Virus record (IMG/VR): IMGVR_UViG_3300027985_001265
Location: 9,759-73,758 of that record
Strand: one strand, 5' to 3'
Origin: a virus
Length of the DNA stretch: 64,000 nucleotides
A model generated the notes under the pieces. It saw only the letters and a list, made by a program, of their open reading frames with translations. It did not search any database and had not been told where the DNA came from. Made by a program: the position numbers and the translations under genes. Positions 39,621 to 49,109 of the stretch are shown here, piece after piece; within the stretch, counting starts at the first letter, position 1; every line of letters begins with the position of its first letter.

Positions 39621-40628
39621 TCAGTTGGGTTGAAGTAATCCAGAGGCAATAAGTTCATCTTTTTGAGAACAGAGATCATAGCTTTCACAGTAGTTGCAAT
39701 GTTTAGCCTTACCTTGGAATTCTTTGATGATGCCCTTGGCTCCGCCTTTCATGAAATGCTCATGAGCTTCGGCATAGGTGTCACATACTTTCGTAGCGAC
39801 TTTGTTGGTGGGTTTGCCATAATACTTGTAGACCGTCTGGTCCTGCCACAGTTCTTCCGGGGTACACCGGGGAAGTTCTGATTCCGGCTTATCCATGTAA
39901 AGCATAAGTTCCCGGAGTCTTTGTTTAATAAAAGTTTCAGTCTCCGGTACGGACATCAGCATCAGTTTTTTGGAGATGAGTCTGGACTGAGGATATCCGG
40001 CTTTTTTCTTAATCATGGAGTCCAGCTTTGACCAATCGGTGAAGATATGCTGGATTCTCATAAAATCAGATGTAATGACTTCTGGAGCAAGCCAACGATA
40101 AATGCTGCCTTGCTGGATATATTTATCGTCATTGTTACCTTTCATGTAGCCGTAGACTCCGGTGGATTTGAAATCCTCCAGAACACCTTCACCAATGAAG
40201 TCTGCTTCTCCGTCTATGATGAATCCGTCAATTTCCCTGTAGAATCGTTTTTCAATGTAGACAGGGATAATATCGGGGTTCTTAGCTTCTTCCTCTGAAG
40301 GGTTTACCCGGATTCGGTCAACGACTCTTGCCGGGTATCCCATATTGATTAAGGCCTCTTTTCTTTTTTCTGGATTCAACCAGGCCCTGGAAATACCATC
40401 ATGGATAGCGGTACCCATTCGGTTGGCGATGTCTTCTCTGATATCCCGGGAAACTTCTTCTTCCTGTATTTTCTCTAATCGCTGGGCCAAGATGGTCTGT
40501 CTAATTGGCTTGAGCAAGCCAGTAGATGACATGTGAAGTTTGCCCGGATGCCTGTTGTGATTATACCAGTCTACTCCCAGCCATACGGCGATAGAGAGCG
40601 AATGCTGATCTTGATTGGTTAATTTCAT
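39621..40628 (-). CDS. PD-(D/E)XK exonuclease (N4 gp42-like)
   Basis: S.TGLLKPIRQ.IL, GTAIHD, D.......EDFKST, Q.SIYRWL and terminal C.YC...DLC.Q; start MKLTNQ with GGAGG RBS. Confidence 0.85.
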   Translation of the reverse strand: MKLTNQDQHSLSIAVWLGVDWYNHNRHPGKLHMSSTGLLKPIRQTILAQRLEKIQEEEVSRDIREDIANRMGTAIHDGISRAWLNPEKRKEALINMGYPARVVDRIRVNPSEEEAKNPDIIPVYIEKRFYREIDGFIIDGEADFIGEGVLEDFKSTGVYGYMKGNNDDKYIQQGSIYRWLAPEVITSDFMRIQHIFTDWSKLDSMIKKKAGYPQSRLISKKLMLMSVPETETFIKQRLRELMLYMDKPESELPRCTPEELWQDQTVYKYYGKPTNKVATKVCDTYAEAHEHFMKGGAKGIIKEFQGKAKHCNYCESYDLCSQKDELIASGLLQPN

Positions 40629-41119
40629 ACACCCTCCTTGATGTTGTGGTGATACCCATAGGCCCCATAGCATTCCCGGAGGTGTTCCCAGTCGGTACAG
40701 GTTTTTGCAAGCCAAGAGTAACAGGATGAACAAATGCCGCAGCCTTCCTGGGATCTATGCCAGTGCCGTCCTTGAGTAGGTTTTCCACACAGGCCGCAGG
40801 TCAGAGTCTCAATTTCGATATCACCCATCGGGGTGTAATAATCTCCAAGGGATTCAATTTTTTTAGTGATGTGGCGTGTGAGAGCATCTTGGGAGATAAT
40901 TTTTTGAGTGATTAAAATTCCCACCATAGCCTGAAAATGACCTATCTCTTCTTCCAGGGCAGCCACATTGGTCTTGAAGTTTTTCGGATGGTGATCCTTT
41001 AACCCAAATCTTGCGATCTTAGACTTCATCCTTACGATACGGGCCAGGATCTCCATAATTTCACCGGCCTCTTCACCAAGGATTTCAAGATTTAACTTTG
41101 TGTCTGTGAATTCAGTCAT
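40625..41119 (-). CDS. MazG-like NTP pyrophosphohydrolase-fold protein with C-terminal Zn finger
   Basis: L.EEAGEI...KI.RFG and LEEEIG motifs, then CGLC...CSSC. Confidence 0.5.
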   Translation of the reverse strand: MTEFTDTKLNLEILGEEAGEIMEILARIVRMKSKIARFGLKDHHPKNFKTNVAALEEEIGHFQAMVGILITQKIISQDALTRHITKKIESLGDYYTPMGDIEIETLTCGLCGKPTQGRHWHRSQEGCGICSSCYSWLAKTCTDWEHLRECYGAYGYHHNIKEGV

Positions 41120-41369
41120 CAAGTTTCTCCTTGATTTCAACATGGTCCCGGTGGAATATCTCATAGGCATCGAGATCTGTAATATGTCCGTTGATCAGGT
41201 CATGTTCTCCCAATACTTTTTTGGCCCGGTCTGCTGCTCTCTGTGACCAGTCACTTTGAATGATGTGCCAGTTACCATTGATCTTTTTACATACAAGATA
41301 CTTTTCGTCCGGGGTCACTGACTGACTTCTAGGATCTCGGATTTTGTTTGAATACACACATTGTTTCAT
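41112..41369 (-). CDS. Hypothetical protein
   Basis: ORF with AGGAG RBS. Confidence 0.55.
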   Translation of the reverse strand: MKQCVYSNKIRDPRSQSVTPDEKYLVCKKINGNWHIIQSDWSQRAADRAKKVLGEHDLINGHITDLDAYEIFHRDHVEIKEKLDD

Positions 41370-41537
41370 TTTCTATCTCCTATTGTTATTTCCACAGAAC
41401 ACCCGGACGGGTGTGTGAATACATTGTTTTTTGGATTTAAAGCAAAATCACCAGTAAATCTTAAATTGATTTATATGGTTTTAAGCTGGTGATTTTTAGT
41501 GGGTAATGAGTCTGAGGGTCTTGAAATGAGAATTATT

Positions 41538-41741
41538 TTATTTGAATAAAGTTCTTTCTTTAACCAAGAAAGACCAGACTGCTCTGATAATTGGGTTAAT
41601 CTTAGGAGCTAAAATTGGCCAACAGTGACTAGAGAACATTGTAATATACGCAATAGGAAAAATTCCAGATATTATGATATATATTGACCAATCCTCAAAA
41701 TCCCATTCTTCCATTGGACAGTCTTCACGGTCATATTGCAC
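41538..41741 (-). CDS. Hypothetical membrane protein (start uncertain)
   Basis: Hydrophobic segment; lies in - strand operon. Confidence 0.4.
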   Translation of the reverse strand: MQYDREDCPMEEWDFEDWSIYIIISGIFPIAYITMFSSHCWPILAPKINPIIRAVWSFLVKERTLFK

Positions 41742-41792
41742 ACACCAAAAAAGTGATTAAAGAAATCAGTAACCAAACAATAAAAAATGTTT

Positions 41793-42392
41793 TCATGCTA
41801 CTCTCCTTTCCGTAAGCATGCGGGCAGTGTTGGAATATTTCAGGGCTTCATAAGCTCCGAGGCTATCTGCAACATGTTCAAACTGTCCTTTGCCCATGGC
41901 TTTCCCTATCGGGTAATAGACCATATCAGTTCTTTGGAGTTTCCCGGTTTTTTTGCTGAAGACATTTTTCTGTGAAGTCTGCCATCCATACTTCTTACAG
42001 GCGGTCATCATCATTTCGGTTTTAGAGGCGTTTTCTTTGCCTGTCATGGCCTTTTTCACCTCTGCTGGTGTTGCCCATTCAACCGGAATATTCAACGTTG
42101 TAAACAGGGTTGTCGTTAACGCTACGGCCATGCCTAAACTTTTAGCTGCCGAAGCTGATTGACTGCTCGATGGGGGCAGCTCTGCAAGGACTCCTTGGAT
42201 ATTATATTTATTGACCAGCTCCGTGAGTTTCGCTGCGATATGGGTAATTCTCTGGACATCATCATCGGCAACCCGTAGCAGTTTATTCTTGGTTTTCTGG
42301 GTTTGAATTGTACCCAGATCTACAACTCGGCCATGTTGATTGATGACACTACAGCCGAAGTTGCTGAATCCAGGATCAAGACATAGAATCAT
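41793..42392 (-). CDS. ruvC: RuvC-like Holliday junction resolvase
   Basis: ILCLDPG..NFG, LAE, TPAEVKKAMTG..NASK.EM and H.ADSL catalytic motifs. Confidence 0.88.
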   Translation of the reverse strand: MILCLDPGFSNFGCSVINQHGRVVDLGTIQTQKTKNKLLRVADDDVQRITHIAAKLTELVNKYNIQGVLAELPPSSSQSASAAKSLGMAVALTTTLFTTLNIPVEWATPAEVKKAMTGKENASKTEMMMTACKKYGWQTSQKNVFSKKTGKLQRTDMVYYPIGKAMGKGQFEHVADSLGAYEALKYSNTARMLTERRVA

Positions 42393-42919
42393 GCGACCTC
42401 CTTTATAAAGTCTATTCGTTTCTGAATTTCTGTTTTGAAATCATCGAGGCCAAGATCGTTGTGAATAACAAAATCATAGTTGTAATTTTGATACTGGGTA
42501 TCTCCGGAACTGGTGAAAGATTTTGCGGCTTCTTGTTCAGCTTTTTCCTGTCGGATCCAGACAGAAAAACATTTAACGGCGTTCCATAAACACCAGTCTC
42601 TAAGTTTCTGTATCTCTTCAGGTTCCCGGATATTGGTACAGAAAAATTCTGTTTCAAATGCTTCCCCGAGTCGAATTTTTTTACAGATTTCTCGGAAAGG
42701 AATATCATCCCAGGCAGTAGATAGATCTTTCAAATCTGAGAGAAGTTGTCGGCTCTTTGCATCTTTGGTTCCATCCCAGTCAAAAGCGTCTTTAGCTAGG
42801 TTTTTGACCCAATCAATGCTGGAGTATTCGGTAACTGTTTTCTCAGTGATCTCACGAAGAAGTTTAATGAAGGTGTCTTTCCCTACCCGGGGAGCACCGT
42901 TGATAATCAATACGATCAT
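42389..42919 (-). CDS. P-loop nucleotide (dNMP) kinase-like protein
   Basis: INGAPRVGKDTF, WDGTKD.KSRQLL, IREPEEI and YDFVIHN motifs; AAGGAG RBS before MIVLII. Confidence 0.7.
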   Translation of the reverse strand: MIVLIINGAPRVGKDTFIKLLREITEKTVTEYSSIDWVKNLAKDAFDWDGTKDAKSRQLLSDLKDLSTAWDDIPFREICKKIRLGEAFETEFFCTNIREPEEIQKLRDWCLWNAVKCFSVWIRQEKAEQEAAKSFTSSGDTQYQNYNYDFVIHNDLGLDDFKTEIQKRIDFIKEVA

Positions 42920-42944
42920 TGTTTTTCTCCTTAATATTTTAATA

Positions 42945-43670
42945 AGCCCCTGCATAAGATTCCGCCTATGCTTTAACGGACTGGCCGTCCGTGTCATTTG
43001 TCTCCCAGAGTTAGTCTAAGATTATTGTCCCAGACACAGTATCATCAGGTTTTGATCCTGACTCCCTTCGCTCCAGCCCTCGGCAAGCGATCCAGATTTG
43101 AACTGGCCCTTACATAAGATACTGAATACCTTATGTAAGATGCAGTTCTATCACCAGAGTTTAATAACCGGTTACGCATCCGGTGCGGGTTTCTCATTTA
43201 CCGCCGACTATCCGTTTAGGTATAATAGCACCAAGGCGTTTGCATCCCTTTTTTTGTGTCGGGCTTGTTCACCGACTCCAGGACTTCCTCATGAAAGCGT
43301 CCCTCTCACTCACCCACACTTTATTTAAGCGACTGTGGGCTTAACCGTCATATAGACCCCGCTTTTGTGTCAGGTTTTTGAATACTGACTCCGGGACAGC
43401 TTTATAAAAGATGCCCTATGCTATGGCTCTCCATGCAGAGGTGTGACCATAGCTGTTGCATGGAACAGACAAAATACTGCAATGATTTCTTTCAAGAAAA
43501 TTTGATGTTAAACTAGAATTGAAATTACTTAGAGGGAGTTCCCTGGTTTGCAGACTCCAGGACTTCGACATACTCGGTTGGAATGATTATCGAATTTCCA
43601 CAGTTTAGACAAAGACAGAATGTCCATGCGGGGTCTATACAAGAAAGTTTTAATGTATTGCTACATTGGC
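42945..43670 (-). ncRNA. Putative large structured non-coding RNA
   Basis: No convincing CDS. 12-bp perfect long-range stem (43351-43362/43628-43639), many hairpins, GCAA tetraloop, T-loop GUUCAAAUC, repeated GGAGUC-hairpin modules. Confidence 0.6.
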
Positions 43671-43679
43671 ATTTTTCTT

Positions 43680-43931
43680 TCATCCTAATGCCTCCATGAA
43701 CGGAATTTTCTTTACCTTGGGAAGTTTCTTAATGTAAACCTCCAAGCGGAATGCTTCACTCTTTTTGAACCCGGACTTCCAGGCTATCAATGATACTGGA
43801 CATCTGGCCCGGGTGTACTTAGCTCCTTTGCCTGCATTATGTTGATGGACCCTGCGCTGCAGATCATTTGTTACTCCACAATAGAGAGATCCGTCTGAAC
43901 ACCGTAGCAGGTATACAGACCACTTATTCAT
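43680..43931 (-). CDS. GIY-YIG nuclease (UPF0213/YhbQ-like)
   Basis: W.VYLLRCSDGSLYCGVTNDLQRRV.QHNAGKGAKYTR.R.PV.L consensus. Confidence 0.9.
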   Translation of the reverse strand: MNKWSVYLLRCSDGSLYCGVTNDLQRRVHQHNAGKGAKYTRARCPVSLIAWKSGFKKSEAFRLEVYIKKLPKVKKIPFMEALG

Positions 43932-44063
43932 TTTGTTGTCTCTCAATAAAAGCCAAAGCAGCATCAATTTCTTTCAGTTTTTCTGTATCTTCAGGGAAGT
44001 CTTCTCCTTCAAACCAACCTCTATAATCCATAAGAGCTTCATGGATTACATTTAGATGTTCTT

Positions 44064-46682
44064 TCATGCAGCCTCCTTTATTTTCTGTTTATCCAAATAT
44101 TCTTTGGCTCCTTTCTTACAGGCGTCTTTAATTTCCTGTTTAGAGCCATTTACAGGAATACCAATGGCATTGGACCAACTCGGCCAGAACACATCCAGAG
44201 CTGAAGATATCTTGACGACAGGATGCTTTAACTCAGGTAGGTCATCCCAGGCCATGCACTCAATCAGATTTGTATTAACCCATTCAAGAATTTCCGCAGA
44301 ATCCGGGAACATGAGATAGATGGCATCGTGGATGGTCCCAGAAGGTAATACCTTGTACCGATACGGGGAAGCCCAGACTCGTTCCATGAACTCATTCAAG
44401 GCCCGGATAGTGAGTACGCAGTAGCTTTGGGTAGCAGCGTTCCCAGCTGATCTGGCTTCCTTCTTGGCACCGTATGGCATTTTACAGTCTGTACCAATGA
44501 CACACTTGGCCAGCAGGGGAGTTCTGATTCTGGCACCAAAGGCCATAGGGATGTATCCACAGGTTTTAGCGTCTTCCACCAGGCCTGCCACCCAGTCATC
44601 TGCCACTTTGTAAAGTTCATGATATTTGGCCTCAATGGTTTTGGCTTTTTCTTCAGAAAAACCGTTGTTATTCATCAGAGTGATAAAACTGCCCCCGTAG
44701 GTCAGAGCAAAGGTAGGGGCCTTAGAATCCTGTCTTAGTGGTTTATATAACTTCTTGATGGAGTTAATACTGTTCACAGAATTCGGATCTATACCAGCCA
44801 TTTGATCCCCAAAATAAGCATAAGCTCGAAGGCAATGACCATCGAACCCGTCGGTGTAAACCTTTAATTTGTTTGGGTCTTTGGTAAGTAATGCATTGAT
44901 CTTGTCTTCAAGAGAGTCAAAATCTGACCCAGCGAAGATCCAGCGTTTGATCGGCTCAAAACAGTCTTTGATGATCTTAGCATAAATGGAACTAGAAGGA
45001 ATATTTTGTAGGTTGGGATTGCTGCTGGATAAGCGAAGCGATTGTGTGCCGCCAAGGTTGAAATTACCGAAGAGTCTCCAGGAACCGTCCGGGAGTTGCT
45101 GGGCATTTTCAAAAGCCGGGATAAATGTGCTGAGAATAATGCTTACATCAGCGTAACCTCGAAGATTTTCAATGATCTCAATGATCTCCGGATTCTGGGT
45201 ATGGTTGACCAGTTTCTTCAGAGTTTTACTTCCAGTTGCTGGTTGTTTCCCATCAGTCAAATCAATTACCGGCAAATCAAAATAATCATAGAGTAGGAAC
45301 CGGACTTGATTATCAGAACCAGGGTTAAACTCTTCCAGGTCTTTCCGGACTACAGAGTCGTCAATGGTGTAAACTTTCTTCTTGGCTTCAGCAGTCTTTT
45401 TTTCTGCCTTAGCCATTAATAGTTGATAATACACCTCCTGAATGTGTGAGTTGTTTTTGAAGAAATCCTGGTGTTTCTCTTTGATCGTTGTGAGTTTGGT
45501 CTTGGCTTCTTGGACTTTTACAGGATTGATCGGCATCCCGCATAGCTCCATGGCCAGAAGAGATTTGACAGCAGGTTTCATTACTTCATGATAGGCTTGT
45601 TCTTGTTGATCTTTTACCAAGGTAGGCCAATGTTTCTCTGCCACATACCAGGTAGCCAGACAGTCCCGAAGGTTGTATGTCAGCAGGTCTTTAATTGGGA
45701 TCTTTGAAGTATCTGTGGTGTCTTCGGCGTAATTACCGGTGTATTCAGCAGAGTTCTCCTTGAGGCCCAGGGAATTCTCTACGGCATTATTGGTGGCCAG
45801 ATAGGTGATCAGCTTGGTATCTTCAAAATCCCTTGTCAGGGTGAAGATTCCTTCTTGCATTCCAACATAATCGGCCAGGTTTTTCATCCATAGCTCATAG
45901 GTAATCACCTTCATATCATAGCCGGCATTCTGGTAAACCAGCTTGCCTTTATAGGTATCAAAGAAATTCCACAAACATACCCGGGTGAAAGCCCTCAATG
46001 GGTTATCAAGACCGTAATCAGCAAAACGATTGCGATCTACGGCCATTGCTACTCCTTCATGCTTGTTCCAGGCAAAGGATATGGTACTGATCCCAGCATT
46101 CCAGAATTCAAGGCTAAGAGCCTCAATATCACAAGTCAAAGCTGGGTACTGGTGGAGCTCATCAAAGGCTCTTTTAACTTCTTCCTCTGTTCTGGGAAAG
46201 ATCGCCCGGTGTATGATTGTCTGACCTGGCGATACTTTTTTCCCATCAATGTGTCTCTGCAGGGCGGCCAGGGATCTGTCCATTTTTCCTTGGATCATCG
46301 GATTATAAACCAAGGCTTGAAAGTTAGGGGCCAGGATTACCTTCATATGTCCATAGCCTTTTACTGTGCAAGGAACAATTTCCCCATAGAAGGGGTCCAC
46401 CTTTTTAGCGTTGGTCAGGTATTTGAAATATGTTCCATCAGCTACGAACAGAGTTTTGACCCCCAAGTGATCAAGTTCCGGCAAAAGGTCATTAAGATAT
46501 GCCTTTGCATGTTTCGCCGTGCATTTCTTGAGGGTTTCATAACTCAATTCGTAAGCGGTAAATCTATCCGGGCTCACTTTTAATTGTTTGAGATAATGAT
46601 GCTCTAATTTGACTCTGTTGAGCCCGGTAGATTTGATTAGTATTGCAATATCAGGATTTGAGCCAAATAGAATAGATTGCAT
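44064..46682 (-). CDS. DNA polymerase, family A (N4 gp39-like)
   Basis: Exo DIE, NAGYD and YN.RDC; RLSSSNPNLQNIP; motif A DFDSLE, B RQDSKAPTFALTYG, C IHDA. Confidence 0.95.
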   Translation of the reverse strand: MQSILFGSNPDIAILIKSTGLNRVKLEHHYLKQLKVSPDRFTAYELSYETLKKCTAKHAKAYLNDLLPELDHLGVKTLFVADGTYFKYLTNAKKVDPFYGEIVPCTVKGYGHMKVILAPNFQALVYNPMIQGKMDRSLAALQRHIDGKKVSPGQTIIHRAIFPRTEEEVKRAFDELHQYPALTCDIEALSLEFWNAGISTISFAWNKHEGVAMAVDRNRFADYGLDNPLRAFTRVCLWNFFDTYKGKLVYQNAGYDMKVITYELWMKNLADYVGMQEGIFTLTRDFEDTKLITYLATNNAVENSLGLKENSAEYTGNYAEDTTDTSKIPIKDLLTYNLRDCLATWYVAEKHWPTLVKDQQEQAYHEVMKPAVKSLLAMELCGMPINPVKVQEAKTKLTTIKEKHQDFFKNNSHIQEVYYQLLMAKAEKKTAEAKKKVYTIDDSVVRKDLEEFNPGSDNQVRFLLYDYFDLPVIDLTDGKQPATGSKTLKKLVNHTQNPEIIEIIENLRGYADVSIILSTFIPAFENAQQLPDGSWRLFGNFNLGGTQSLRLSSSNPNLQNIPSSSIYAKIIKDCFEPIKRWIFAGSDFDSLEDKINALLTKDPNKLKVYTDGFDGHCLRAYAYFGDQMAGIDPNSVNSINSIKKLYKPLRQDSKAPTFALTYGGSFITLMNNNGFSEEKAKTIEAKYHELYKVADDWVAGLVEDAKTCGYIPMAFGARIRTPLLAKCVIGTDCKMPYGAKKEARSAGNAATQSYCVLTIRALNEFMERVWASPYRYKVLPSGTIHDAIYLMFPDSAEILEWVNTNLIECMAWDDLPELKHPVVKISSALDVFWPSWSNAIGIPVNGSKQEIKDACKKGAKEYLDKQKIKEAA

Positions 46683-46693
46683 CTATACCTCCG

Positions 46694-47464
46694 TTAAGCT
46701 GCTATTTTTTTGAAACAGTAATCAGGGATACGTCCGGCGGATATTTCGTTTTTTACAAAAGCAAGTCCGTCATCCAGCAGGTAAAGACCATTACCATAAG
46801 CAAGAAAGTATTGTTTTCCTAAATTTGTAGGTTCTTTTCTGGTTCTGCATTTTTCATAAGGCTTAGGTACGACTTTCAAGTACCCTTTTTTTACAAGGTG
46901 GTTTGTTGTTACAGTCGGTCTTAACCCTAAAAGAGAAAATTGCCGTTGTACTGAATTTGTTTCCATATTTTTAGGGCCTTTTGTTACTGACACCTTTGCG
47001 CAGGCTTTAGCCTGGTTTGGGAATGATAAGATACATTTCGTTTCTTCAGGCTGTTTCTTTGTTTCCTGGACGGGGCAGCCTTCTATTGAAGCAGCAAGTA
47101 GCCGAAGAGCTTTAGGGATGTTTGAAGGATCAATCAATTCAGCCCGGGCCTTCATCAATTCAAGCTCCATTTCATTGAAGGCTTTGATGAAGTCCACTTT
47201 GAAGCCCAAAGCTTTTTCCCCGGTAAAACCAAAAACAAGGACAGCAAAGGCATCCCGGTCCATGTCATACATGGGTCTTTCTTTTCCCTGTTTATCCAGG
47301 TAGTTAGTCTCCTGAAAGTTCAGGGGGCCTCTCCCAATGGAGTTCAGAGTATCCTGAATGGTCTCAATGGATTGAAGAACATTGTCATGACGTTTATCAA
47401 ATACATCCGACACTTTCAGGGAATTGGTCACAGGTTTACCAGCTTTTTCAGTTACAAGTTTCAT
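46694..47464 (-). CDS. rha: Rha-family phage regulatory protein
   Basis: TNSLKVSDVFDKRHDNVLQSI, YLD.QGKERPMY.M.RD.F..LV.GFTGEKA..FK..FI.AFNEME. Confidence 0.88.
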   Translation of the reverse strand: MKLVTEKAGKPVTNSLKVSDVFDKRHDNVLQSIETIQDTLNSIGRGPLNFQETNYLDKQGKERPMYDMDRDAFAVLVFGFTGEKALGFKVDFIKAFNEMELELMKARAELIDPSNIPKALRLLAASIEGCPVQETKKQPEETKCILSFPNQAKACAKVSVTKGPKNMETNSVQRQFSLLGLRPTVTTNHLVKKGYLKVVPKPYEKCRTRKEPTNLGKQYFLAYGNGLYLLDDGLAFVKNEISAGRIPDYCFKKIAA

Positions 47465-47488
47465 TTTATATTTTCCTCTCAAAATACA

Positions 47489-47929
47489 TTATGCGTAAAT
47501 TGCTTGCCATTTCAGGGCGATTTCAGTTCCTGCTTCAATTGTCGGGTAGCTCAGTTCTTTTCCATCATCCAAATGTTTGGCAATGAGGACCAGGGTTGAG
47601 AATATCCCGGGGTTATACCGGAAGGGTGAATTTTCTATCATATCCAGACAGAAAGAGATCAAAGATCCAATATGTGCAGGCTCCTGCCACCAGCCAATTT
47701 CTTTAAGCCAGTCTTCAATGTGTTTATCCACGAAGGCTGCTTCTCTGTCTCCCATTTTGGGCAGGGTCAGCAGATCAGGTATAACTAGTTTCTGCAGTTT
47801 TCGTTGAAGACCATCCAACCGGCTATTTTCTTTGGCTTTCATGATCATGGGTACTCCATATATCAAGGCCAGTTCAGCCAATTTTCTTTTTTCTTGCTTC
47901 GATAACACCAGGCTTTCCTTATGCTGCAT
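47489..47929 (-). CDS. Hypothetical protein
   Basis: ORF overlapping upstream stop in operon. Confidence 0.55.
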   Translation of the reverse strand: MQHKESLVLSKQEKRKLAELALIYGVPMIMKAKENSRLDGLQRKLQKLVIPDLLTLPKMGDREAAFVDKHIEDWLKEIGWWQEPAHIGSLISFCLDMIENSPFRYNPGIFSTLVLIAKHLDDGKELSYPTIEAGTEIALKWQAIYA

Positions 47930-48530
47930 TAAAGTTTTTGATGATGGCCTGTGCTTTTTTTGACACCTCATGTTCTGTTTTTTCTGTAGGTTTCGGGATG
48001 AATTTTCCCAAATCCGGGTGATTTTTGACCAGGGGATTTACTGTCCGGAAGGTGTCTACAATTTCCATGAAGGCATTTACCGTCTCCTTGATTTCACACT
48101 CAATATGATTAAATGTTTTGATAGCTTGAATGGTTAATGCTTTCATTTTCTCGTTGTATTCAAGCATATCTATTAAGCGGCCATTATAAAAAGCGGAAGT
48201 ACCCGGTGTTTCCAAAGCAGGAGTAAATTCAAGAAGAAGGTACGCCGGGCCATTTTGAATTATCCATGGTTTTCCTAAACGACCATTATTATCTTCTTGA
48301 GCAATATGGAAAGGATACACAGTTCTGGTATATCCATATTTTTTCAATATACTAAGTTCTTCTTTAGTAAACTGTTTCAAGACTTCTTTTTTGAGAAAAT
48401 CAAGAATACTTTTTTTCATACTTGCCAGTTCTTTACCCGGAATGGATTCATTCATCTTCTTCCGGACATGGGCTTCAATGTTATTTTTGATCTGCTGTTT
48501 CAGGGTTTTATTCAAATGACGAGTTGCCAT
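47919..48530 (-). CDS. Nmad5-like (nucleotide modification-associated domain 5) protein
   Basis: N-terminal R.LNK.LKQQI..N and C-terminal RTV..L...HP.L..F.P resemble Nmad5. Confidence 0.45.
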   Translation of the reverse strand: MATRHLNKTLKQQIKNNIEAHVRKKMNESIPGKELASMKKSILDFLKKEVLKQFTKEELSILKKYGYTRTVYPFHIAQEDNNGRLGKPWIIQNGPAYLLLEFTPALETPGTSAFYNGRLIDMLEYNEKMKALTIQAIKTFNHIECEIKETVNAFMEIVDTFRTVNPLVKNHPDLGKFIPKPTEKTEHEVSKKAQAIIKNFNAA

Positions 48531-48539
48531 TGCATCCTC

Positions 48540-49082
48540 CTATATTGTTTTGGCCAGTAGAACTTGAGTTACGATCATTCGTTTCAAGTACCTAAGATTA
48601 TTTTTGTTATCAGCCAATACCTGTTCAATTTTTTCTTCAGGCAAAGGCTCTGCGATATTAAAGACTTCGGAATCTATTTTGGGCATATACTGCTTGAGGG
48701 CTGCCGGGAACAGTCTGTCCAGATCCTCTGTATGTCCTGCCATGGCCAGGAAGATACCAACCAATATCTTTACCCCAGTCATAACTTCCTGGTCTTTAAA
48801 AGAGCTTTTTTCCAGCAATTTTTGGACATCTTCATAAAGGTTTACATGTAGGATACGATTACACTTATGAGGGTCCGGAGGTTTTGGAATCGGCCACCAT
48901 CTCCCTGCAAAGAAGAATGTTGGAGTTCTTGCATTAAGCATCTTTTGATTGGTTTCAGCGAGCTTCCACATCTCTTCTATCAAAGTTTTTTCAGCATGAG
49001 CATCCAAGGCTTTCAAAGTGTTATTCTGGACTTTCCGAAGGTATTCCATCCTTTCCCGTTCGAGGTTTCTGAGTTTTGCCAT
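48540..49082 (-). CDS. Conserved hypothetical protein between helicase and polymerase (N4 gp38-like)
   Basis: Synteny; F.F.GR.W and DL...P motifs. Confidence 0.55.
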   Translation of the reverse strand: MAKLRNLERERMEYLRKVQNNTLKALDAHAEKTLIEEMWKLAETNQKMLNARTPTFFFAGRWWPIPKPPDPHKCNRILHVNLYEDVQKLLEKSSFKDQEVMTGVKILVGIFLAMAGHTEDLDRLFPAALKQYMPKIDSEVFNIAEPLPEEKIEQVLADNKNNLRYLKRMIVTQVLLAKTI

Positions 49083-49109
49083 GACTATTTCCTTTCATGG
49101 TTATAAGTC

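Noticed and set aside
43274-43292. GAGGAAGUCC on the - strand resembling RNase P RNA CR-I (GAGGAAAGUCC)
   Set aside because: One A short and no convincing CR-V/P4 partner found; the motif is better explained as one of the repeated modules.
43098-43328. 76-aa + strand ORF inside the structured region
   Set aside because: TTG start, no RBS, antisense to the operon and no recognisable motifs.
42945-43670. Canonical tRNA gene cluster
   Set aside because: Only one clear T-loop; no complete cloverleaf with D-arm, 7-nt anticodon loop and CCA end.
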